From positions 1 through 58,979 of the forward strand of contig CAIWHR010000076.1 in the NCBI GenBank assembly GCA_903912485.1: a stretch of DNA of 58,979 bases. Reading direction: 5' to 3'. The notes beneath the pieces are model-generated. The model did not search any database. It worked only from the letters and a program-made list of their open reading frames with translations, and had not been told where the DNA came from. Shown here piece by piece: positions 36,302-44,115 of this stretch (position 1 is its first letter; every line of letters begins with the position of its first letter). The translations under genes and the position numbers were made by a program. This stretch comes from an uncultured beta proteobacterium. GTDB taxonomy: Bacteria; Pseudomonadota; Gammaproteobacteria; Burkholderiales; Casimicrobiaceae.

Positions 36302-39300
36302 GTGCGCGAAAAGCTGATCCGCGACCGGGTCCCGGCGCTTGCCCAAGCGCTGGGGCAGACCCTCGTCACCAGGACCGCGCTGGACCAGGAATTGGATCGT
36401 TTGCGCGGGCTCAAGCTGGTCGAGGAGACGCACGAGGTCATCGATGCGCTGGCCAACGGGCCGCGAGGGAGCCTGGTCGACGAACTGGCCGACCTGCAGA
36501 CAGTGGTCGAAGAGGTGGCGCGGCGCAGAGGCATCGCGCTCGAAGAGATCGAGCAGCGGATAGAACAGAAGAGATCGGAACGCGGGGGATTCGAGTCCGG
36601 ACTCGTGCTGCGCGAGCACGGCACGCCGTCGCCTCGGTTGCACGTTGGCGGCGCCGCTACGCTGATCGACGCGTTGCAGCGCGAGCTCCGGGCGTGCACG
36701 TCGGCACGCATCGCCATTGCCTTCATCATGCGCAGCGGTGTCGAGCTGCTGGAAGGGGCAATCCGGGCCGCACTCCTGCGCGGTGCCGAGATCCGGTTGC
36801 TGACGACGGACTACCTCGGCGTCACCGAGCCGGAGGCGCTGGATCGCCTTTGCGAGTGGCCTGGGCGCTTCGACGCGCGGATCTACAGCCATGAGCGTCG
36901 CAGTTTCCACCCCAAGGCCTACCTTTTCGAGCGCGCCGACGGGTCTGGCCGAGCGTTCATTGGTTCGGCGAATCTGTCTCGGATGGGCCTCCGCGAAGGC
37001 GTGGAGTGGACGTGGACGGTGCTCGACGTGGACTTCGGTCACCCGATGCACGAGATCCGAACCCGCTTTGATGAACTCTTCGGGTGCGAGGACGTCCAGC
37101 CGCTGAGCCCCGATTGGATCGGAGCCTATCGCGCCCGTCGGCAGGTTCGCCCGTTCGCGGAGACATGGTCACCTCCCGATGCCGTTCCCGCCATCCAACC
37201 ACGGGAAGTGCAGGTGCTAGCGTTGCAGGAACTTGACCGACTGAGGTCGGACGGGCAGCACAAGGCCCTCGTGGTTGCGGCCACCGGCCTGGGCAAGACC
37301 TTCCTGGCGGCCTTCGACGCACGAGATGCGTCACGCGTACTCTTCATCGCGCATCGGGAGGAGTTGCTTCGCCAGGCAGCCGCGGCTTTTGGGCAGGTCT
37401 ACCCGGAACGCACTCAAGGGTTCGTCATCGAAGGCCGCGCCGAGTACGACCGCGACCTGGTCTTCGCATCGGTGCAGACCCTGTCTCGACCTGAGCAGCT
37501 TGCGCGCGGAGAACTGCCGCGTTTCGACTACGTTGTCATCGACGAATTCCATCACGCCGCGGCGGATAGCTACCTTCGCGTATTGCGGGCACTCGTGCCG
37601 CGATTCCTCCTCGGGCTGACGGCCACACCATTCCGCGGCGACAATCGTGACCTGCTTGAACTTTGCGACGGCAATCTGGCGTACCAGGTCGGCCTCTTCG
37701 AGGCCATCGGTTTCGGCTGGCTGGTGCCATTCCATTACTTCGGGGTGGCCGATACCGTCGCCTATACCGACGATCTGCTCACGGCGCGACGCACCTATGA
37801 TGCGGGCAAGCTCACGCTGCGCTTCAATACCGCCGAGCGCGCCGATCTGGTGATCGATCGCTTCCGCCGGCACAACTCCCGCGCGGCGCTCGGCTTTTGC
37901 GTCTCGATCGAGAACGCCGATTTCATGGCGGCGCGATTCGCATCTGCGGGCATCCCGGCTGCTGCCGTGCATTCGGCGAGCACTTCCATGGACCGCGTCG
38001 AGGCCGTTCGCAAGCTGGAGCAGGGACACCTCAGAGTGCTGTTCACCGTGGACATGTTCAACGAGGGCGTGGACATTCCTGCGATCGACCTCGTGCTCTT
38101 CGTTCGGCCGACCGAATCGATGACGATCTTCCTTCAGCAACTGGGCCGAGGTCTGCGACTGAGCGCCCGGAAGAGATTTCTCACCGTCCTCGACTTCATC
38201 GGCAATTACCGCAACGCGCACTTCAAGCTTCCGTTCCTCGCCGGCCAGGACCTCAGTCAGGACCTCGATCCGGGCAAGGCGCTGAGGCTGCTTGCGCGCT
38301 GGACCCGAGAGGGAATCGCGCCCCCGGGCATTCCGGAAGGTGTGGCGATCGAACTGGAGCCGGTCGCGCTGAACTCGTTGCGAGCGTCGCTACAGTCAGC
38401 GACGCCGCTGCGTCAGCTTGTCGTCTCGGATCTCACCGAAATGGCCGACCGGCTGAAACGTCCACCGACCCTGTACGAGTGGCAACAATTCGGCCGCTAC
38501 TCCCTTCGAACGGCGATGGCCGCACTGGGCGTCGACCGCTGGCATCGGATCCTGGAGACGGCGGGCATGCTCGGGCCGCAAGCGCGGGCGCTGGAGCGGG
38601 CGGCCGGCGACTTCCTGCGAGAAGTGGAAACGACACGTATGACCAAGTCATTCAAGATGGTCGTGCTGCTCGCCATGTGCGAAGGCGGCGTCTTCGCGCG
38701 GTCGATCGCTATGGACGCACTGATCCGGTCGTTCCGTACGTATTTCGGCGAAGATCGTCATCGCAGCGATGTCCTCGGGACCGTCGTGGAGAACGTCGAA
38801 GCGGTCGGTGCGGCGATATGGCGGAGTTACCTGTTGGCCAACCCGATCAATGCGTGGACCGGCGGGAATGCGGGCGCGGATTCCCCGTTCTTCGCCTGGA
38901 ACGGAACCGCGGGGGAATTCCGTTACATCGGCCCCAGCCCCGGCTACAGCCAGCCGGATCTGATCCAATTTTCCATTGCGGTTCGGGACCGGGCATTGGC
39001 TCAGTTGCACGCCTACTGGCGGCGACCGGGCCCGGGACGATTTGTCTATCCGGTGATTCCGACGGGAAGCATGGCTGGCGACGGAGCCGCGATCACCGGG
39101 CGCCCCGTCTGCATCATGTTCGGCAATCACCGGGAGAGTTTGCCCGACGGGTGGCATCTTGTCCTGATCAACGGCAAGCACCTCTACGGAAAATTCGCGA
39201 CGGTGGCACTGAACGTGCTCAAGGATGTCGCCACGGACGATCGCACGGTGCCAAACGCCCTTACACGCGAACTCGAAGCGCTGTTCGGCGGTCGCCTGCC

Positions 39301-39367
39301 CCAACGGCCACGCGTTCGACTCATCAAGAAACCGGGCTCGCCTGTCTGGGAGATACTCGCGGCGTGA
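36302..39367 (+). CDS. multidomain MazG-like NTP pyrophosphohydrolase - PLD nuclease - SF2 (DExH) helicase - unknown C-terminal domain
   Basis: GTG start. Residues 1-105: KLIRDRVPAL..EETHEVIDAL..ELADLQTVVEEV..RSERGGFESGLVL (MazG/PRA-PH-like). One HKD motif: HPKAYLFERADGSGRAFIGSANLS. Helicase motifs AATGLGKT, VIDEFHH, GLTATPFR, QQLGRGLR. The last ~330 aa are unassigned. Confidence 0.85.
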   Translation: MREKLIRDRVPALAQALGQTLVTRTALDQELDRLRGLKLVEETHEVIDALANGPRGSLVDELADLQTVVEEVARRRGIALEEIEQRIEQKRSERGGFESGLVLREHGTPSPRLHVGGAATLIDALQRELRACTSARIAIAFIMRSGVELLEGAIRAALLRGAEIRLLTTDYLGVTEPEALDRLCEWPGRFDARIYSHERRSFHPKAYLFERADGSGRAFIGSANLSRMGLREGVEWTWTVLDVDFGHPMHEIRTRFDELFGCEDVQPLSPDWIGAYRARRQVRPFAETWSPPDAVPAIQPREVQVLALQELDRLRSDGQHKALVVAATGLGKTFLAAFDARDASRVLFIAHREELLRQAAAAFGQVYPERTQGFVIEGRAEYDRDLVFASVQTLSRPEQLARGELPRFDYVVIDEFHHAAADSYLRVLRALVPRFLLGLTATPFRGDNRDLLELCDGNLAYQVGLFEAIGFGWLVPFHYFGVADTVAYTDDLLTARRTYDAGKLTLRFNTAERADLVIDRFRRHNSRAALGFCVSIENADFMAARFASAGIPAAAVHSASTSMDRVEAVRKLEQGHLRVLFTVDMFNEGVDIPAIDLVLFVRPTESMTIFLQQLGRGLRLSARKRFLTVLDFIGNYRNAHFKLPFLAGQDLSQDLDPGKALRLLARWTREGIAPPGIPEGVAIELEPVALNSLRASLQSATPLRQLVVSDLTEMADRLKRPPTLYEWQQFGRYSLRTAMAALGVDRWHRILETAGMLGPQARALERAAGDFLREVETTRMTKSFKMVVLLAMCEGGVFARSIAMDALIRSFRTYFGEDRHRSDVLGTVVENVEAVGAAIWRSYLLANPINAWTGGNAGADSPFFAWNGTAGEFRYIGPSPGYSQPDLIQFSIAVRDRALAQLHAYWRRPGPGRFVYPVIPTGSMAGDGAAITGRPVCIMFGNHRESLPDGWHLVLINGKHLYGKFATVALNVLKDVATDDRTVPNALTRELEALFGGRLPQRPRVRLIKKPGSPVWEILAA

Positions 39368-39433
39368 CGGGCGGACTCGGGCGGATTGTTAAAATCCTGC
39401 TACATGGCGGCTGCACGACCGCCACAAAGCAAA

Positions 39434-39470
39434 AGGCCAACCCCGGAGGATTGGCCTGAGTGCTTGTTTC
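39434..39470 (+). terminator. possible terminator after the helicase gene
   Basis: AGGCCAA - 10 nt - TTGGCCT followed by GAGTGCTTGTTTCGTTT. Weak T tail. Confidence 0.35.
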
Positions 39471-39551
39471 GTTTGGTTGCGGGGGCCCGCACACGAATCC
39501 ATCTTCGGTAGGTGCGCTTGGCATAGCCGGGTTGGACCAGGAGGGATGCGC

Positions 39552-39938
39552 TCATCGAGCCGCAATCGGGGACATTTCATTGACCTTCACAGCCACCGCG
39601 CTGCACGCCTTGATGAGATCGGTAACGATGCGCTCGTCCACGTTCAGATCGCCCTCGTACTCACCTGGATTGCGGATTTCGTGGCACTTCGCCAACACGC
39701 GCCACACCTCCGGTCCCAGACCGAGCGTGTGCGGCAGCAGTTGGAACACGAGGTAGCGATTACCGCATCGGTAGCCATGCCAGCGCAGCGCGGCGAGGCA
39801 CAACGCATGCGCCGCGTTATAGGCAAGATCAAAACGGCTTTCCACCGCAAGCCCGGGCGCCCCGGCGTCCCGGAGTCGGATGGTGCCGGACCGCAGGAGG
39901 CCGGCGAACTCCTTTGCGTCCGGAGGCTCGACCTTCAG
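39552..39938 (-). CDS. HEPN-domain protein (toxin-like partner of MNT)
   Basis: FDLAYNAAHALCLAALRWHGY and CHEIRNPGEYEG resemble classical HEPN helices. No in-frame ATG or GTG near the expected start. CTG 39938 overlapping the MNT stop (CTGA) is a guess. Confidence 0.5.
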   Translation of the reverse strand: MKVEPPDAKEFAGLLRSGTIRLRDAGAPGLAVESRFDLAYNAAHALCLAALRWHGYRCGNRYLVFQLLPHTLGLGPEVWRVLAKCHEIRNPGEYEGDLNVDERIVTDLIKACSAVAVKVNEMSPIAAR

Positions 39939-40363
39939 CGGCTTGCTAGGCGCGCACCGGTGGCCTCGACCGCCGCGAAAACGTCGCCGTAGCTCAACGC
40001 ATCGCTGACCACCATCAGATCGATGTCGCTGGTGGCGACGTCCTGCCGCTTGGCGACGGAGCCGAACACGAATGCTGCCCGAATCTGCGCGGCAAGCGGT
40101 TGCAGCGCTTGGCGCAACGGCTCGGCGAGCCCGACGGTCTTCTGCAGGATTCCGCACAGTTCCGTGAATAACGGCGAGTCCCGGTTCGCTTGGTAATGCC
40201 TTTGATTTCCCAACGGCCGCACGGTCGCCAACCCGCTGCGCGCCAAACGCGCCAATTCACGTTGCACCGCGCCCGAGCCGCCTCCAGCCAGGCTGATCAA
40301 CTCGGTCGCGTAAAAGCTGCGTGCGGGTTGCCCGAATAGCAACCCGATCCAGGCGTGCCGCAA
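39935..40363 (-). CDS. winged-helix + minimal nucleotidyltransferase (MNT) protein
   Basis: LLFGQPARSFYATELISLAGGGSGAVQRELARLARSGL (wHTH) and FVFGSVAKRQDVATSDIDLMVV (GS..D.D NTase motif). Start unresolved; TTG 40363 is a guess. The ORF-track N-terminus (to 40627) runs through tRNA-like DNA and is not believed. Confidence 0.5.
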   Translation of the reverse strand: MRHAWIGLLFGQPARSFYATELISLAGGGSGAVQRELARLARSGLATVRPLGNQRHYQANRDSPLFTELCGILQKTVGLAEPLRQALQPLAAQIRAAFVFGSVAKRQDVATSDIDLMVVSDALSYGDVFAAVEATGARLASR

Positions 40364-40543
40364 AGCAAGTGCCCCATCCGGCCAGGCACCGCCCAGCCAG
40401 CGAAGCGGTTTGGCGAGAAGTTCGAGGGTCAGATCAGCATGTTGGATGAACTTGTGGGCGAGATTGCCCTGGGGCGTCGGTGCTCCGGTCAGAGTCCGGC
40501 TTGAATCCCCCTCCACCTTCGTATAGAATTCGTCGTTCTTTGC

Positions 40544-40562
40544 AGGCGCGTAGCTCAGCTGG
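40544..40562 (+). other. tRNA 5-prime-end-like fragment (acceptor + D-arm only)
   Basis: AGGCGCGTAGCTCAGCTGG matches a tRNA acceptor stem plus D-arm. I could not fold an anticodon arm or T-arm downstream, so this is not an intact tRNA. Confidence 0.3.
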
Positions 40563-40738
40563 CACCACCTTGACATTGTTGGATCGTCAGACGGTAGGTA
40601 GCACTTTTCATAGGGAGATTGCCGCATTCAACCCGTTAAGAACCGGATAGACCGCGTAATTATAAATAATAATTCATAAAAAACGAGACAGAAGCTAGGG
40701 TAAGATCGCGAACACAACCCGACCTCCGGCGATCAAGC

Positions 40739-41365
40739 GTGCGGACCCGACCACGATCAAAGCAGGTGCCGCTCGCGGCGATCACCGCGCCCGAAATGGC
40801 GCCGGCATCCGACAACCAGCGGACGCTGGTCACGGGCATCACCCGGGACGCGGTTCGGGTTATCCTGACCCTACATCCCGTCTTCGCCGTACCCCACCCT
40901 GACGGCGAGGGATGGTCGGTGGTTGCCGGCGAGCGTGGCTTCCTGCTCGCGCGCGCCGTCCTCCGCGCGAACGAGCGAATCCCGATCATTCAAGTCGACA
41001 ATGCGACGGCCGCGCTGATTGGGCCAGCCGACCGCCTCCTGTCGCCGGTACTTTATGATGACCTGCCGGCGACGCGTCATCGGCGATGGACCGACCTGCC
41101 CGCCGGTAAGCCGATGCCGTTCTTGCGAGCGAATCTGGAAGCCAAGGTCGTTGCCCGATTCCGGTCGCCGCCCGCGCGGACCGAGAAATCGCGCGTACCG
41201 GACAACCAAGATGGCGCGGTCGTAACCGGAGTGCCGGAGGCCAGAGCGCCAGGAGCGTGCCGAGGCGCCGGGAAGGCTCCGCCACATGCGGCTGCGCCAG
41301 CTGTTCAAGACGCAGCGCTGCCGGTCGCTACGAACCGCACATCCGATCCACCAGGCAGCGCATGA
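40739..41365 (+). CDS. hypothetical protein with possible ParB/Srx-like N-terminal domain
   Basis: GTG start; 208 aa. GWSVVAGERGFLLARAVLRANERIPIIQVD resembles the ParB-N GxRR..A...ipv motif. The C-terminus is Pro/Ala-rich. Ends 14 nt before the 911-aa gene. Confidence 0.45.
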   Translation: MRTRPRSKQVPLAAITAPEMAPASDNQRTLVTGITRDAVRVILTLHPVFAVPHPDGEGWSVVAGERGFLLARAVLRANERIPIIQVDNATAALIGPADRLLSPVLYDDLPATRHRRWTDLPAGKPMPFLRANLEAKVVARFRSPPARTEKSRVPDNQDGAVVTGVPEARAPGACRGAGKAPPHAAAPAVQDAALPVATNRTSDPPGSA

Positions 41366-41379
41366 CCATGGAATAGCGG

Positions 41380-44115
41380 ATGGCGAATGAACCCCGCTAC
41401 CTCGCCCAGCGGGACTACCTGCCAAGACTCCAATCGGCCATCGCGGAGGTGGCCGCCGGCAGTGCTGCAACCTTCGCGGGAATTCACGCGCGGGTAACGA
41501 CCCTTCTGGCGATCCCTCCCTCGCTGACGCAGCTTCCGCTGGTCCTGCAATCGCTCGCCAGCGTTCTTCCCGTCGCATCGAGGTTCCATCCCCACCTCGC
41601 CAACGAGCTTGACCAAATCGACCAGTGGTGCGGCTTCATCAACTCAATTCCAGCGGAGCATACATTCTGGAAGATGGAATTGTTCCGGGGCAAGAAGGCA
41701 CCGGCCGGAGTGCCGGGCGCGCACGCGACCGGCGCTCCGATGAAGCGCCGCCACAAGGGCATTGTCCTGACTCATCCACTGTGGGTTGCGTTGGGCTACA
41801 CCTCGGAGACGCCGCTCAACACGCCGGCTGGTGACACGCGCCGGTGGGCGTTCTGCAATGTCCAAGCCAATATCCTCGCCGCATTTGTCCAGCGGGCGAG
41901 CCAAGGTGACGAGCCCCACTATCGGATCGGGGATGCGTGCTGGTTGCTTCGGCAGTTCGGGGGCGACTATGCAGGATCGAACGAGGACGCTACCCAAAGG
42001 AACGCGAGGCTCATGCGTCTGCGGTGCCTCGAACAATACGCGGACGCCGGCAGCGCCGACGACCTCTTCGCGGTGGCAAAGCAACAGCATGCCGAACCCT
42101 ATCCAATCGGTCCCGGTGCCGGGGCCTTTGCCGAACTGCTCTCCGACACTTTTGCGCTCAAACACCCGCCGGTCATTCGCCACGTCGAGGCTGGAAAACG
42201 AGCACAGGGCAAGCGGCACCGTGGCCGAACTCGACTCAATGAGGAGATCTATCCGGGCTTTCGCAGCTACGAGCTGCTGAGCGACGGCTTCGGTCGCGAC
42301 GAAGCCGACGGCGGTTTTTCGATCACGCTCAGCAGCAACGAACCTGAGTTCGCCACTGCCGAGACCCTAGATGCCGCCGGCATCGATCCGGCCGAGTATG
42401 CGAGGTCGGATACAACGTGGGTAGGCGTCGAGGGTTTCGCCGAGTTGCGGGGTACTCCAGACGCTCCCGTGGGCAAGACCTTGCCACCGCTGGCGTCAGT
42501 CTATGGCATGGCTCGTGCCCGCGCCCGAGCGCAACGGCTGTCCGCCCAGCGTTTCACTACCCGGCGCGGACGTGTCACAGCACCCGAATTCGCCAGAATC
42601 CTCAGCGTGCTCGATGCAGCCTACGTAGCCGTGTTGCAACGGCGGCAAGCGAACAGCACAGGTTCCGGCTTGACGCGGTCGGCAACTTCGGATCGATTGC
42701 TGCAGGAAACGTTGGTGCTTGCCGGCATCGTCATCGCAACCGGCACCAACCCCGCGGGGGCCATCGCAGTTCATCACTGGCCGGGCAACCCCGGCTCACT
42801 GCCGTCGAACTGGCAGCTTGCCTACAGCCTCGCCGAAGGGGGCATCTGGCGGCGTCCCTGTCTTGTTCCCGTACGCGGTCCGCAAGTACCGCTGCCCGGC
42901 CAAGCGGCTTCCAACATGCCGACGGTCCCCCTCTCCGATCTTTGGGGTGTGGGCAGCAAGCTCTGTTCGCTGGGACCGCAGGGCCAATGGTTCCAGCACT
43001 CCCTTGCCCAGCTGACCGCTGCTTTCAAGCGGAACATCTCGAAGCTGCTGGAGCACGCCGGCGTCACCAAGACATGGCGCTCCCTGGACGCGTTCGCCGA
43101 CCTCCTTCCCGAATGGTTTTCCGGGATGGAGGAAGGAGACCAGCTCAGGGTCGCCTTCCTGTTCGCGCGGAACGATCCGATGGCCGCCGTCCACCTGTAC
43201 TACACGGCGTTCGACCCGTTCATGCTCGATGCCTGGCATGTCAAGTCGGTAACAGATTTACAGAAGCGCCTTGCTGCCAATGGCTTCGTCGTGCGGGCGG
43301 ATGAATTGGCGGATGGATTGTTTTCGAGTTCCCCGGCCGCGAGTATCGGACGCCGCCTCACTGGCGACGACCGCATCCTCGACCCCAAGTTCCTTCGCAA
43401 GACAACGACGACCCTGCGAGAACAGGCTCGGCGACCTGGCACCGACAGGATGGAGGATGTGGTAAGGCAGCACAATTACTTGACCGCCTACGTCGGGGCC
43501 GTTCTGGCCATCTGCACCGGGTTCAGGTCGGTCCGGACGCCGATTCCCGACCTCACCGCGATCGACCCGGAAACGGGATGCATGCCCCTGCAGGAGAAGG
43601 ATTCTGACGGCAACGCGCACGGGCGCATCGTGTGCCTTCCTGACCGTCTGCGTGAGCAGATCGACACGTACCTCACACACTTGCGTCAGCTTTGGAGTTG
43701 GTTGCCAACCAAGACGAGCAAGACACTGGAAGTCGAGGCGACCAAGCAGCGCGACCGAAGCCGGTACGGGTCGGATACTTTCCATCTGGATCTTGGCTGC
43801 ACCCTCTTCTTCCTCAAGATCGTCGAGGGAGAGGTGGTAGCGCAAGAATTCACGGGGGCTCTACTGAAGGCTTCGGTCGAAGAGGTCTGCCCGAAGTCCT
43901 GGCCGTTCGACAACTCGGGGCGGCATTTCCTCCGTTCTTGGCTCAGCCACAAAGAGTGTCCAGCAACGATCATCAATGCAGCGATGGGGCACTCGAACAC
44001 CGGCGAGTTTCCGTGGGCACCGGAATCGGCAATGGACCCCTATCGGTACCGCGAAGTTCTGCTGCAGTACCTTGATCAGCTACTGAATGAACTGCACTTT
44101 GAGGTCGTGCGGTGA
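41380..44115 (+). CDS. giant tyrosine recombinase-like protein (911 aa; catalytic domain C-terminal)
   Basis: C-terminal ~250 aa carry AICTGFRSVRTPIPDL (Arg I), GRHFLRSWL (HxxR), AAMGHSN (His/Trp position) and a downstream Tyr (DPYRYREV). The N-terminal ~650 aa are unassigned. Confidence 0.75.
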   Translation: MANEPRYLAQRDYLPRLQSAIAEVAAGSAATFAGIHARVTTLLAIPPSLTQLPLVLQSLASVLPVASRFHPHLANELDQIDQWCGFINSIPAEHTFWKMELFRGKKAPAGVPGAHATGAPMKRRHKGIVLTHPLWVALGYTSETPLNTPAGDTRRWAFCNVQANILAAFVQRASQGDEPHYRIGDACWLLRQFGGDYAGSNEDATQRNARLMRLRCLEQYADAGSADDLFAVAKQQHAEPYPIGPGAGAFAELLSDTFALKHPPVIRHVEAGKRAQGKRHRGRTRLNEEIYPGFRSYELLSDGFGRDEADGGFSITLSSNEPEFATAETLDAAGIDPAEYARSDTTWVGVEGFAELRGTPDAPVGKTLPPLASVYGMARARARAQRLSAQRFTTRRGRVTAPEFARILSVLDAAYVAVLQRRQANSTGSGLTRSATSDRLLQETLVLAGIVIATGTNPAGAIAVHHWPGNPGSLPSNWQLAYSLAEGGIWRRPCLVPVRGPQVPLPGQAASNMPTVPLSDLWGVGSKLCSLGPQGQWFQHSLAQLTAAFKRNISKLLEHAGVTKTWRSLDAFADLLPEWFSGMEEGDQLRVAFLFARNDPMAAVHLYYTAFDPFMLDAWHVKSVTDLQKRLAANGFVVRADELADGLFSSSPAASIGRRLTGDDRILDPKFLRKTTTTLREQARRPGTDRMEDVVRQHNYLTAYVGAVLAICTGFRSVRTPIPDLTAIDPETGCMPLQEKDSDGNAHGRIVCLPDRLREQIDTYLTHLRQLWSWLPTKTSKTLEVEATKQRDRSRYGSDTFHLDLGCTLFFLKIVEGEVVAQEFTGALLKASVEEVCPKSWPFDNSGRHFLRSWLSHKECPATIINAAMGHSNTGEFPWAPESAMDPYRYREVLLQYLDQLLNELHFEVVR

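Noticed and set aside
35888-37051. 387-aa minus-strand ORF antisense to the HIT gene and the start of the helicase gene
   Set aside because: It overlaps two genes with strong motifs (histidine triad, HKD) and has no motifs of its own.
36302-39367. Calling the helicase C-terminus DUF3427 or a Mokosh-type system
   Set aside because: The C-terminal sequence does not match what I remember of DUF3427. Mokosh uses an SF1 (COG1112-type) helicase, whereas this protein has SF2 DExH motifs. I left the region unassigned.
40480-40640. Possible intact tRNA gene
   Set aside because: Only an acceptor/D-arm-like 19-mer is present. The nearby GGCTTGAATCC is not flanked by a complementary T-stem, and I could fold no anticodon arm.
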